A stretch of DNA of 54,660 nucleotides from Acetobacteraceae bacterium (GCA_019750475.1 JAIEOO010000003.1:1-54660), one strand, 5' to 3'. Shown: positions 43,899 through 53,512, counted from the stretch's first letter. Made by a program: numbers and translations. Notes: a model not told the origin generated them from the sequence alone.

Positions 43899-45520
43899 TG
43901 AACGCCATCGAGATCGAGGTCATCCGCAACGCCCTCGTCGCCGCGGCGGCGGAGATGGACGTGACGGTCTGGCGCACCAGCCGCTCCACCATCGTGCGCG
44001 AGCTGCTGGACTACTCCACCGCCGTGTTCGACGCGGAGGGGTGGAACCTGGCGCAGTCGGCGCGCATCCCGTCCCACCTCAACTCCATGAGCCACGGGTT
44101 GCGGACCGTGCTGGCGGACCACATCCCGGCCGGGGACTGGGACGAGGGCGACGTGGTCATCTTCAACGACCCCTATTGCGGCGGCCAGCACCTGCCGGAC
44201 ATCCTGGCCTTCCGCGCCGTCTTCCACGAGGGCGTGCGGATCGGCTTCGCGGGAACGCTCTGCCACCACATCGATGTCGGCGGCCTCGCCGCCGGCTCTT
44301 ACGCCGCCAAGGCCACCGAGATCTTCCAGGAGGGGCTGCGCATCCCGCCGATCAAGCTGATCGAGCGCGGCCGCCGCAACGACGCCGTCTGGGCGATGAT
44401 CCGCCAGAACATCCGCAAGCCCGACCTGCTGCTGGGCGACCTCTCCTCCCAGATCGCGAGCCTGGAGGTGGGCACGGCCGCGATCCTGCGCGCGGCCAAG
44501 CGCTTCGGCGCCGACAGGATGCTGGAAGCCGGGCGCCGCATCCTCGCGATGAGCGAGCAGGGGATGCGCGCCGCCATCGCCGCCATGCCCGACGGCACCT
44601 ACGAGTTCACCGACCACCTCGACGATGACGGCATCACGCTCGACCGGCGCATCACCCTCCATGTGAAGCTGACCATCGCCGGCGACCGGGCGCATGTGGA
44701 CCTCTCGGGCTGCTCGCCGCAGGTGCTGGGGCCGACCAACGCGACCCTCGCGAGCAGCCAGGCCGCGGTGATGTTCGCGCTGATGTGCTGCGCCGAGCCC
44801 GGCCTGCACATGAGCGCGGGCTGCTACCGCCCCATCACCGTCCACGCGCCCGCCGGGCTCTGCGTGAACGCCCAGGCGCCGGCGCCCGTGGTGCACCGCA
44901 TCGCCATCGGCCACCGTCTGCTCAACGCCATGATGGGCGCGCTGCACCAGGCGATCCCGGACCGCATCCCGGCCGCCTATTACGGCAATTCCTACGTCAC
45001 GACCTTCCAGACCATCGAGGGCAATGGCAACCGCGAGGTGCTGGTCGAGATCGAGATCGGCGGCAGCGGCGCGCACCCCGCGAAGGACGGCGTGAACGCC
45101 TATGCCGCCGGGATGCACAACAACAGCAACATCCCGATCGAGATGATCGAGAGCCAGATGCCGCTGACCGTCACCCGCTACGCGCTGCGCGATGGCAGCG
45201 GCGGCGCCGGCCGCTTCCGCGGCGGCCTCGGCCTGATCCGGGAATGGCGGGTGGACAGCGCGCGCTGCCTCTTCACCGCCAACATGGACCGCTTCGTCCA
45301 CGCGCCCTACGGCCTCGCCGGCGGGCAGCCGGCCGCGCTGGGCGAGATGTGGCTGATCCGCGGCGAGGACCGCTTCCCCATCCCGCCCAAGACCGACAAC
45401 CTCGATCTGCGGGCGGGGGACATCGTCCGGCTCGCGACCAGCGGCGGCGGCGGCTTCGGGGAGCCCGGCGCCCGGGCCCCGGAGGCGACGGCCCGCGACC
45501 GGCGCCTCGGCTACGCATGA
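43898..45520 (+). CDS. Hydantoinase B / 5-oxoprolinase subunit
   Basis: TGATG coupling; NDPYCGGQHLPD, HHIDVGG, EIFQEGLRIPP, SGGAGRFRGG, TSGGGGFG. Confidence 0.93.
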   Translation: MNAIEIEVIRNALVAAAAEMDVTVWRTSRSTIVRELLDYSTAVFDAEGWNLAQSARIPSHLNSMSHGLRTVLADHIPAGDWDEGDVVIFNDPYCGGQHLPDILAFRAVFHEGVRIGFAGTLCHHIDVGGLAAGSYAAKATEIFQEGLRIPPIKLIERGRRNDAVWAMIRQNIRKPDLLLGDLSSQIASLEVGTAAILRAAKRFGADRMLEAGRRILAMSEQGMRAAIAAMPDGTYEFTDHLDDDGITLDRRITLHVKLTIAGDRAHVDLSGCSPQVLGPTNATLASSQAAVMFALMCCAEPGLHMSAGCYRPITVHAPAGLCVNAQAPAPVVHRIAIGHRLLNAMMGALHQAIPDRIPAAYYGNSYVTTFQTIEGNGNREVLVEIEIGGSGAHPAKDGVNAYAAGMHNNSNIPIEMIESQMPLTVTRYALRDGSGGAGRFRGGLGLIREWRVDSARCLFTANMDRFVHAPYGLAGGQPAALGEMWLIRGEDRFPIPPKTDNLDLRAGDIVRLATSGGGGFGEPGARAPEATARDRRLGYA

Positions 45521-45990
45521 GCTTCGATCCCCGGGCGCACCGCCTCGCCCCGCAGCGCTGGTTCGAGGATTTCGCCCTCGGCGAGCGCTTCCCGCTGCCC
45601 TCGCGCACCATGACGGAGGCGATCTTCCTGGCCTTCCAGGCGGCGAGCGGGGACAACCACCCGGTCCATTACGACGTGGAGTTCTGCCGGACCCGGGGCA
45701 TGCCGCACATGCTCGCCCATGGCTTCCAGGTGCTGATCCAGAGCGCGGCGGGCGCCGGCCTGTTCCCCTTCATGGTCGAGGACAGCCTGAAGGGGTTCCT
45801 CGATCAGTCGAGCCGCTTCCTGCACCCCGTCTTCGTCGGCGACACGCTCTACCCCGTGCTCACCGTGGCGGAGCTCACGCCGCAGCGGAGCACGGGCATC
45901 CTCGGCATGGCCACGACCATCCACAACCAGAAGGGCGAGCTCGTCCTCGAGGGAACCCAGCGCTACCTGCTGCGCAAGCGCCCCGGTTGA
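45517..45990 (+). CDS. MaoC-family dehydratase
   Basis: ATGA overlap; FEDF, SGDNHPVHYD hydratase motif, AHG, PVFVGDTL. Confidence 0.9.
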   Translation: MSFDPRAHRLAPQRWFEDFALGERFPLPSRTMTEAIFLAFQAASGDNHPVHYDVEFCRTRGMPHMLAHGFQVLIQSAAGAGLFPFMVEDSLKGFLDQSSRFLHPVFVGDTLYPVLTVAELTPQRSTGILGMATTIHNQKGELVLEGTQRYLLRKRPG

Positions 45991-46047
45991 CCCCGCGCGC
46001 GGCCGGCAGCAGCCTGCCGGCCAGCGAGCAAGCTGGGGAGGAGCGAC

Positions 46048-46998
46048 ATGCGCGTCGCCGTCGTGGGCGCTGGGTTGATGGGCCACGCCATCGCGCTGGT
46101 CTGGGCCATGGGCGGGCACAGCGTCCGCATCACCGACAGCAGCGCCGAGACCCTCGCGCGCTCCAAGGGCCTGATGGAGACGGCCCTCTCCACCCTGGAG
46201 GAGGCCGGGCTCTCCAGGGGCTTCACCGCCGCGCAGCTCGCCCAGGCCGTGACGCGGCATGAGCGCCTCGCGGACTGCGTCGAGGGCGCGGAGCTGATCG
46301 TCGAGGCGATCATCGAGAAGCCCGAGGCGAAGCAGGCGCTCTATGCCCAGCTCCTCGACTGCGCGCCGCCGGAGGCCACGGTGGCGAGCAACACCAGCTA
46401 CCTCGACGTCTTCCCGCTGATGCCGAAGGCGCTGCTGCGGCGGGCGATGATCGCGCACTGGTACACGCCGCCCTATCTCGTGGACCTGGTGGACCTCGTC
46501 CCCTCGCCGGAATGCGAACGCGGCCGCGTGCAGGCGGTGGAAGCGGCGCTGAAGACGATGGGCCAGGTCCCCATCACCATGGAGAAGTTCATCCCGGGCT
46601 ACATCGCCAACCGCATCCAGGCGACCGTCCAGAACGAGGTGCAGCGCCTGATCGACGAGGGCTACGCGACGGCGGAGCAGGTGGACCTCGCCGTCATTCA
46701 CGGCATCGCCCTGCGCATGCCGATCGTGGGCGTCATGGCGAAGGCCGACTTCACCGGCCTCAGGCTGCTGCAGGACACGTTCAGGAACGGGGTCTATCAG
46801 GCGCCGCCGCCGCGCGACCACTCCACCAGCATGGACAAGCTGATCGCGGAAGGGGCCACCGGCGTCATGTCCGGCCGCGGCTACTACGACTGGGGCGGGC
46901 GCGACCCGGCCGCGCTCTTCGAGGAGCGGGACCGCAAGCTCATCGCGCTCAAGAAGGCGCTGCGGGCGATCGGCAACATGGTGGAGGACCGCACGTGA
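46048..46998 (+). CDS. 3-hydroxyacyl-CoA dehydrogenase-family protein
   Basis: GGAGGAG RBS; GAGLMG, EAIIEKPEAK, ASNTS, HWYTPP, GYIANRIQ. Confidence 0.88.
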   Translation: MRVAVVGAGLMGHAIALVWAMGGHSVRITDSSAETLARSKGLMETALSTLEEAGLSRGFTAAQLAQAVTRHERLADCVEGAELIVEAIIEKPEAKQALYAQLLDCAPPEATVASNTSYLDVFPLMPKALLRRAMIAHWYTPPYLVDLVDLVPSPECERGRVQAVEAALKTMGQVPITMEKFIPGYIANRIQATVQNEVQRLIDEGYATAEQVDLAVIHGIALRMPIVGVMAKADFTGLRLLQDTFRNGVYQAPPPRDHSTSMDKLIAEGATGVMSGRGYYDWGGRDPAALFEERDRKLIALKKALRAIGNMVEDRT

Positions 46999-47756
46999 TT
47001 CGCTACGACCTCGAGGGCAGGACGGCGCTGGTGACCGGCGGCGCCTCCGGCATCGGCCTCGCCACCGCGATCATGCTGGCCGAGAATGGCTGCAAGGTCG
47101 CCATCAACCACCTGGCCGACGACGCCCGCGGGCCCGAGCAGGTGGAGGCGCTCACCGCCCGCGGCTTCGACGTCATCTCCGCCCCCGGCAATGTCGGCGA
47201 CGCCGCCGATTGCGCGCGCATGGTGGACAAGGCCGCCGCCGATCTCGGGCGCCTCGACTTCCTGGTGAACAACGCCGGCACGCCGGGCACGCGCACCACC
47301 ATCGCGCCCCATGAGCTCGACCGGCTGACGGAGGAGCTGTGGGAGCAGGTGATCGAGGTGAACCTGCTCGGCGTCTTCCGCTGCGCCAAGGCGGCGGCGC
47401 CGCATCTCCGGCAGACCGGCGGCGCCATCGTCTCCGTCGCCTCCATCGCCGGGATCAACTCGCCCGGCTCCTCCATGGCCTATGGCGCGACCAAGGCCGG
47501 GGTGATCTCCCTCACGAAGAACCTCGCCCGCGGCCTGGGGCCGGAGGTGCGGGTGAACGCCATCGCGCCCGGTGCCGTGAACTCCACCTGGCAGGTGGAG
47601 TGGACCAACGAGCAGCGCGCCTCCTCCATCGACAAGGCGGTGCTGAAGCGCCGCTGCGAGCCGGAGGACCTGGCCGAGGTGATGGTGTTCCTGCTCGCCG
47701 GGGCGCGGATGGTGACGGGCCAGACCGTCGTGGTGGATGGCGGCCTGACCCTCTGA
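46995..47756 (+). CDS. SDR-family oxidoreductase
   Basis: GTGA overlap; TGGASGIG, NNAG, YGATK, VNAIAPG. Confidence 0.92.
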   Translation: MIRYDLEGRTALVTGGASGIGLATAIMLAENGCKVAINHLADDARGPEQVEALTARGFDVISAPGNVGDAADCARMVDKAAADLGRLDFLVNNAGTPGTRTTIAPHELDRLTEELWEQVIEVNLLGVFRCAKAAAPHLRQTGGAIVSVASIAGINSPGSSMAYGATKAGVISLTKNLARGLGPEVRVNAIAPGAVNSTWQVEWTNEQRASSIDKAVLKRRCEPEDLAEVMVFLLAGARMVTGQTVVVDGGLTL

Positions 47757-47759
47757 GTC

Positions 47760-48125
47760 TCAGCCCGCAGTCCAGACGCAGGCCGGGTTGGCCGCGGTTC
47801 CCGTCAGGCGGGCCGACATCGAGCGCTCCATCGGCCCGTCGAAGCGGCAGAGGTTGCGGCCGTTGTTCGGCAGGCCCGCCCCTCGGATGCGGAACTCCGC
47901 GCTCCGCACGCCGACGGGAAGCCAGCTGCAGCCGTTCGAGTTCGGCTCGTAGGTCAGGGGCCCGGTCCGCCCGTTGTCGTTCCGGGTGCGCCAGTCAATC
48001 GTCACGTTCACCGTGAATTCGCCGGCGTTCTGGACGCAGAAGGCGAGCCGCTGCGTGGGCTGCTGGGCGAGGGCGGGGGAGGCGGCCGCGCCCATCAGGG
48101 CCAGGGCGGCGATCAGACGATGCAT
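47760..48125 (-). CDS. Small secreted hypothetical protein with 4 Cys
   Basis: AGGA RBS; signal peptide MHRLIAALALMGAAASPALA|QQ; beta-rich mature part. Confidence 0.72.
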   Translation of the reverse strand: MHRLIAALALMGAAASPALAQQPTQRLAFCVQNAGEFTVNVTIDWRTRNDNGRTGPLTYEPNSNGCSWLPVGVRSAEFRIRGAGLPNNGRNLCRFDGPMERSMSARLTGTAANPACVWTAG

Positions 48126-48254
48126 GACGCGGTTTCCTGTGTTGGCGCTTCGCAGGCTCGCGCAATGCAACCCCTGGCTGCAAGCGGCCTCTTTCAATGC
48201 CCGCCATCGGCGAGGCCGATGGCGGGCGCGGCGGCCGTCCTCGGCCGGGTCGCG

Positions 48255-48653
48255 TCAGTCGGGTGGCGTCGGCGCGCGCAGCGCCGCGACGCACTCGATC
48301 TCGATCAGGAACTCCGGCACCGGCAGGGCCGCCACCACCGCCGTGGTCCGCGCCGGCCGCGCGTCGGGTGGGAAGCTCCCGGCGTAGAGGCGGTTCATCT
48401 CCGCCACGTCGCCGGCGCGCGTCAGCCACACCGTCGTCTTGAGGACGCGGTCCATCGCGCTGCCGCCGGCTTCCAGCGCGGCCCGCAGGTTGCGGATCAC
48501 CGCGTGGAACTGCGCGGCGAAGTCGTGGGGGATGCGGCCATCGGCCTCCACGGGGCCGGCCCCGGACACGTGCAGCACGCCGCCATGCGCCACGGCGAGG
48601 GAGAAGGGCGGGAAGCCGGGCGGCGCCGGCACGCGGGCGATGTCGTCGTTCAT
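48255..48653 (-). CDS. RidA/YjgF-family protein
   Basis: LHVSG, VLKTTVWL, MNRLY, PARTT (catalytic Arg), IEIECVA. Confidence 0.88.
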   Translation of the reverse strand: MNDDIARVPAPPGFPPFSLAVAHGGVLHVSGAGPVEADGRIPHDFAAQFHAVIRNLRAALEAGGSAMDRVLKTTVWLTRAGDVAEMNRLYAGSFPPDARPARTTAVVAALPVPEFLIEIECVAALRAPTPPD

Positions 48654-48729
48654 GCGCGGCAGCGCAGCACTCGGCTGGACGCGCGGCAAGCGCCGCCTAT
48701 CCTGGCCGGCAAGCACCAGGAGAGACCGC

Positions 48730-49944
48730 ATGCCTGCCGTGGACACCGACCGTTTCCTCAAGGACCTCAACGACCTCCGCGAGTTCGGCCGCTACAGGAC
48801 CGGCGTCCACCGCCCGACCTACAGCCAGGAGGACATGGAGAGCCGCCGCTGGCTGATGGCGCGGATGGAGGAGGCGGGGCTCCACGCCGAGATGGACGGC
48901 ATCGGCAACGTGTTCGGCCGGCACAAGGGCCCGGGGCCGCATCTGCTCGTGGGAAGCCACCTCGAATCCCAGAACCAGGCCGGCTGGCTCGACGGCGCGC
49001 TGGGCGTGATGGCGGGCGTGGCGCTGGCGCGGTCCGGCCTGCCGGTGGATGTGGTCGCCTTCGCCGACGAGGAAGGCCACTACGGCTCCTTCATCGGCTC
49101 CCGCAGCCTGATCGGCCTGCTGGAGGAGGAGGAGATCGACCGCCTCGCCAACAAGTACCACGGCAAGCCGCTGCGCACGGCGCTGCGCGAGGCGGGGCTG
49201 GAGGGGCGGCCGCGGCTGCGCCTCGACCCCGCGCGCTACCAGGGCTTCTTCGAGCTGCACATCGAGCAGGGGACGCAGCTCGAATCCCAGGGCCTGCGGG
49301 CCGGCGTGGTCACCGGCATCGTCGCCATCTGGCAGTTCCGCATCACGATCGAGGGCATGCAGGACCATGCCGGCGGCACCACCATGGCCGAGCGCAGGGA
49401 TGCCGGGCTGACGGCCGTGCGCCTGCTCGCGCGGGTGGACCGCGAGTTCCCCATGGTCTGCGGCCCCCGCACCACCTGGACCTGCGGGCGCATCGCCCTC
49501 GACCCCGGCGCGCCCTCCATCATCCCGGGCCGGGCCGAGGTGCTGTTCCAGTTCCGCGACATCGACCCCGCCGTGCTGGAACGCCTGGAGGAGCGCCTGA
49601 CGCGCATCGTGCAGGAGATGAACCGCACCGAACGCACCGTCTCGACGCTCGAGGCGATGAGCCGCTCCAAGCCCGCGCCCTGCGACGACGGCATGCAGGA
49701 GGCGCTGGCCCGCGCGGCCGAGAAGGAAGCGCCGGGCAAGTGGCAGCGCATGCCCTCGGGCGCCGGGCACGACGCGCAATACATGGCGCGCGTCATGCCC
49801 GCGGCGATGCTCTTCACCCCCTCGATCGGCGGCATCAGCCACCACTGGTCCGAGGACACGAAGCCCGAGGACCTGGCGCTGAACGTGAAGATCCTGGCCG
49901 AGGCGGCCGAGGACTATCTCCGCCGCTCCAACAAGGCGCCCTGA
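48730..49944 (+). CDS. M20 Zn amidohydrolase (hydantoinase/carbamoylase family), copy 1
   Basis: AGGAGA RBS; GSHLES, DGALGV, DEEG, ELHIEQG, HAGGTTM, SGAGHDA, GGISH. Confidence 0.9.
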   Translation: MPAVDTDRFLKDLNDLREFGRYRTGVHRPTYSQEDMESRRWLMARMEEAGLHAEMDGIGNVFGRHKGPGPHLLVGSHLESQNQAGWLDGALGVMAGVALARSGLPVDVVAFADEEGHYGSFIGSRSLIGLLEEEEIDRLANKYHGKPLRTALREAGLEGRPRLRLDPARYQGFFELHIEQGTQLESQGLRAGVVTGIVAIWQFRITIEGMQDHAGGTTMAERRDAGLTAVRLLARVDREFPMVCGPRTTWTCGRIALDPGAPSIIPGRAEVLFQFRDIDPAVLERLEERLTRIVQEMNRTERTVSTLEAMSRSKPAPCDDGMQEALARAAEKEAPGKWQRMPSGAGHDAQYMARVMPAAMLFTPSIGGISHHWSEDTKPEDLALNVKILAEAAEDYLRRSNKAP

Positions 49945-49947
49945 GGG

Positions 49948-51153
49948 GTGCGCGACGCCGCCCCCGACACCGCCCGCTTCCTCGCCGACCTGCACGAGCT
50001 GCGTCGGATCGGCGCGTTCCGCACCGGCGTCCATCGCCCGACCTACACGCCGGACGACATGCGCTCCCGCGAATGGCTGATGGCGAAGATGCGGGAGGTG
50101 GGGCTGGAGCCCGAGATGGACGGCATCGGCAACGTCATCGGGCGCCACAAGGGGCCGGGGCGGACGCTCCTCGCCGGCTCGCACATCGAGACGCAGGATG
50201 AGGCCGGCTGGCTCGACGGCGCGCTCGGCGTCGTCGCGGCGCTGGCGCTGGCGCGGGAAGGCCTGCCGGTGGACGTGATCGCCTTCGCCGACGAGGAGGG
50301 GCATTACGGCGATTTCCTCGGCAGCCGCAGCGCCATCGGCCTCGTCACCGAGGCCGAGATGGACGCCGCCCGCCACGCGACGCATGGCAAGCCCCTGCGC
50401 GAGGCGCTGCGGGAGGCCGGGCTCGAAGGGCGGCCGCGGCTGCGCCTCGATCCCGCGCGCTACGAGGGGTTCCTGGAACTCCATATCGAGCAGGGCTCCC
50501 AGCTGGAGGCGGCGGGGATGCGCTCGGGCCCGGTCACGGGGATCGTCGGCGTGCGCGTCTGGCGCATCCGCGCCCTCGGCCAGCAGGACCACACCGGTGG
50601 GACCACCATGGCCGAGCGGAAGGACGCGGCGGTCGCGGCCATGCGGGTGCTCGCGGCCATCGACGACCAGTTCCCGATGCTGGCCGGGCCCCGCACCACC
50701 TGGACCTGCGGGCGCATCGCGCTGACGCCCAACGCGCCGCACGTCATCGCCGGCGAGGCGGAGATGATCTTCCAGTTCCGCGACCTCTCGGAGGAGGTGC
50801 TGGACCGGCTGGAGGAGCGCCTGCGCCGCATCGTGCAGGAGGTGGACCGGCGGGACCGCTGCGCCGTCACGCTCGAACCCGTCAGCCGCGCCGCCGCCGC
50901 GCCCTCGGCCCCCGCCTTCCACGCCGCCATCTGCCGCGCGGCCGAGCGGCACGCGCCGGGCGCCTGGGCCGCGATGCCGTCCGGCGCCATCCACGACGCG
51001 CAATGGATGGCGCGGGTGATGCCGGCCGCGATGCTGTTCACGCCCTCCATCGGCGGGATCAGCCACCACTGGACCGAGGACACCGCGGCGGCGGATCTGG
51101 AGCTGTCGCTCCGCATCCTTCACGACGCCGCGCGGGAGATCCTGGCGGCCTGA
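49948..51153 (+). CDS. M20 Zn amidohydrolase (hydantoinase/carbamoylase family), copy 2
   Basis: GTG start 3 nt after copy 1; GSHIET, DGALGV, DEEG, ELHIEQG, SGAIHDA; collinear with copy 1. Confidence 0.9.
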   Translation: MRDAAPDTARFLADLHELRRIGAFRTGVHRPTYTPDDMRSREWLMAKMREVGLEPEMDGIGNVIGRHKGPGRTLLAGSHIETQDEAGWLDGALGVVAALALAREGLPVDVIAFADEEGHYGDFLGSRSAIGLVTEAEMDAARHATHGKPLREALREAGLEGRPRLRLDPARYEGFLELHIEQGSQLEAAGMRSGPVTGIVGVRVWRIRALGQQDHTGGTTMAERKDAAVAAMRVLAAIDDQFPMLAGPRTTWTCGRIALTPNAPHVIAGEAEMIFQFRDLSEEVLDRLEERLRRIVQEVDRRDRCAVTLEPVSRAAAAPSAPAFHAAICRAAERHAPGAWAAMPSGAIHDAQWMARVMPAAMLFTPSIGGISHHWTEDTAAADLELSLRILHDAAREILAA

Positions 51154-51284
51154 CGCGGACGGCGCGGAAGCGGCCGGCGCCAAGGGGGGCGCCGGGGCCG
51201 GCCGTGCGCGTGTCCGGTCCCGGGGACTGGCGGGGCGTCCCCCCGCGGGCAGGAGGGCGCCCCGTGGCGGCCGGTCGTCGCGGC

Positions 51285-51674
51285 TCAGGGCGTGTGGGTG
51301 GCGAACTCCGCGGGGCTCGTGATCTCGACCAGCTCCAGGTCGTCGCTGTGAGCGATCTCCCGGTGGCGGATGCGGGCGGGCTGGAGGACGCTGCTGCCCG
51401 CTTGCAGCAGCACTTCGCCGATGTCCTCGTATTCGAAGCGGACCCAGCCCTTCACCACCCAGACCATCTGGAAGTCGAGCTCGTGCCAGTGCCATTTCGG
51501 CTCCGCATGGGTGCCGGGGACGGCGCGGATGACATGGGCGCCGAAGCGCCCCCCCGTCGCCTCGCGGATGCCGAGGTCGCCATAGGCGAAGAAGGCCCGC
51601 AGCCCGGTGTCGAAGGCGCGGTCCCGGGCGTGGCTGACGGTGGTGCGGGCCGGCGGGGTCGGGCTGCCATCCAT
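51285..51674 (-). CDS. Cupin domain protein
   Basis: GAGGAGG RBS; WHWHELDFQMVWVVKG ... QPARIRHRE. Confidence 0.88.
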   Translation of the reverse strand: MDGSPTPPARTTVSHARDRAFDTGLRAFFAYGDLGIREATGGRFGAHVIRAVPGTHAEPKWHWHELDFQMVWVVKGWVRFEYEDIGEVLLQAGSSVLQPARIRHREIAHSDDLELVEITSPAEFATHTP

Positions 51675-51763
51675 GGCCGTTGTCCTCCTCTGTTGGTCGG
51701 TGGGTGCGTCGCGGGCAATGGCGGGGACGGCCGGGGGGCGGTCCCGCCGCGCCTCGGGCCGTG

Positions 51764-52390
51764 TCAGGCGATGGGCACGCCGATGTGCCGCGCGAAGCCG
51801 GCGCGCGCCGACATGGCCGCGTGCAGCGCCTTCAGCCTGGGGCTCTCCGTCCGGGCGATCGGGAAATGCAGCCAGCGATGGAGGTAGGGCGCGATGGCGA
51901 TGTCGGCGAGCGAGAGGGACTCGCCGCCGAGCCAGGTCTGGCCCTCGAGCGCGGCCTCCACGATGTTCCAGTAGCCCTGCGCCTCGGCCACGGCGCGGGC
52001 GAGGGCGGCCATGTCCCGCTCCGGCTCGGGCGTGCGGTAGAGGGTGAAGAGGATCGTCGTCATCGGCCCGTTGAGGTGGCCGAGCTGCCAGTCCATCCAC
52101 CGCTCGATGCGGGCCCGCGCGCGCGGGTCGGCCGGGTGCAGCGGGCTGCCGGGGGCGTGGCGCCCGACCAGGTAGCGCAGGATGGTGTTGCTCTCCCACA
52201 GGGAGAACCCGTCCGGCTCCTCGATGGTGGGCACGCGGGCCATGGGGTTCATCGCGAGATAGGCGGCCTCGTTCACGCGGCCGAAGCTGCCGCCGGCGTC
52301 CACGCGCTCGAACGGCAATCCGAGCTCCTCGCAGAGCCACAGCACCTTCATCACGTTGGACGAGCTCGCCCGTCCCCAGATCTTCAGCAT
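51764..52390 (-). CDS. Glutathione S-transferase family protein
   Basis: GGAGGG RBS; WGRASSSNVMKV, NPMARVP, WESNTI, SLADI. Confidence 0.92.
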   Translation of the reverse strand: MLKIWGRASSSNVMKVLWLCEELGLPFERVDAGGSFGRVNEAAYLAMNPMARVPTIEEPDGFSLWESNTILRYLVGRHAPGSPLHPADPRARARIERWMDWQLGHLNGPMTTILFTLYRTPEPERDMAALARAVAEAQGYWNIVEAALEGQTWLGGESLSLADIAIAPYLHRWLHFPIARTESPRLKALHAAMSARAGFARHIGVPIA

Positions 52391-52478
52391 TCGCGCCGTC
52401 CCTCCCATGCGTCGCGCGACAGGCTAAGCCCCGCCGCCCCGGTTGCGGAAGGGCGGGCCGGGGCGGAAACTCCGGCCC

Positions 52479-52961
52479 ATGTCGGGTGCCCTGCTGATCC
52501 TGCTGCTCACCGCCGGCGCGCCGCTCTTCGCGCGCGGGACGGAAGGGTGGTTCAACCTCGTCCCCTGCGAGCTCTGCCTGTGGCAGCGCTGGCCCTACTG
52601 GGCGGCGGCGGTGGCGGCGCTCGGCGCCCTGCTGCTGTGGCGGCGGGGCGGGCGGCGGCTGCTGTGGCTGGCGGCGGCGGCGGCCGGCGTCTCGGCCGCC
52701 ATCGGGGCGTTCCATGTGGGGGTGGAGTTCGGCTGGTGGCCCTCGCCCCTGCCGGGCTGCCGCGTCGCCGCCTCCGGCGCCGCGCGCAGCGTGGACGACC
52801 TGATGTCGAGCCTCGGCGCGGCGCCGGCCAAGCCCTGCGACGAGCCCGCCTACCTCATTCCCGGCCTGCCGCTTTCCATGGCCGCCATGAACCTCATCTA
52901 CGGGTCGGGGGTCGCGCTGCTCGCGGCCCTGATCGCCCGCCGTCCGGAGAAGCCCGCATGA
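52479..52961 (+). CDS. dsbB: Disulfide bond formation protein B
   Basis: PCELCLWQRWPY, second Cys pair (PGC...KPC), hydrophobic helices. Confidence 0.88.
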   Translation: MSGALLILLLTAGAPLFARGTEGWFNLVPCELCLWQRWPYWAAAVAALGALLLWRRGGRRLLWLAAAAAGVSAAIGAFHVGVEFGWWPSPLPGCRVAASGAARSVDDLMSSLGAAPAKPCDEPAYLIPGLPLSMAAMNLIYGSGVALLAALIARRPEKPA

Positions 52962-53479
52962 CCACCACGCCCCGCCGCTACCTCGAACAAGTGATCCGCG
53001 TGGACCATGCCGGGGAGTATGGCGCGAAGCGCATCTACCAGGGGCAGCTCGCCGTGCTGCGCGGCACGAAGCACGAGCCCACGATCCGCCACATGCAGGA
53101 GCAGGAGCAGGAGCACCTCGACACCTTCTCCCGCCTGATCCGGGAGCGCCGGGTGCGCCCGACGGCGCTGCTGCCCTTCTGGCATGTGGCGGGCTTCGCC
53201 CTCGGCGCCGCGACGGCCGCCATGGGTGCCCGCGCGGCGATGGCCTGCACCGTCGCGGTCGAGGAAGCCATCGACGAGCACTACCAGGAGCAGCACCGCC
53301 GCCTGGGCGAGGACGAGTCGGCCCTGAAGGCCGACATCCAGAGGTTCCGCGACGAGGAGCTGGAGCACCGGGACATCGGCCTGGCCAACGAGGCGGAGCT
53401 GACGCCGGGCTACCGGCTGCTCTCGGGGGCCATCAAGCTTGGCTGCAAGATCGCGATCAAGGTGGCGGAGAAGGTCTGA
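52958..53479 (+). CDS. coq7: Demethoxyubiquinone hydroxylase (Coq7)
   Basis: IRVDHAGEYGAKRIYQGQ, EQEH, VEEAIDEHY, DEELEH di-iron motifs. Confidence 0.95.
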   Translation: MTTTPRRYLEQVIRVDHAGEYGAKRIYQGQLAVLRGTKHEPTIRHMQEQEQEHLDTFSRLIRERRVRPTALLPFWHVAGFALGAATAAMGARAAMACTVAVEEAIDEHYQEQHRRLGEDESALKADIQRFRDEELEHRDIGLANEAELTPGYRLLSGAIKLGCKIAIKVAEKV

Positions 53480-53512
53480 GCGCCGGGCGACTGCCGCTGT
53501 CTTGGGCAGAAG

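Noticed and set aside
51154-51284. Three GC-rich hairpins between convergent genes as a possible ncRNA
   Set aside because: No promoter or U tract; short stems are expected at this GC and are explained as 3'-end structures
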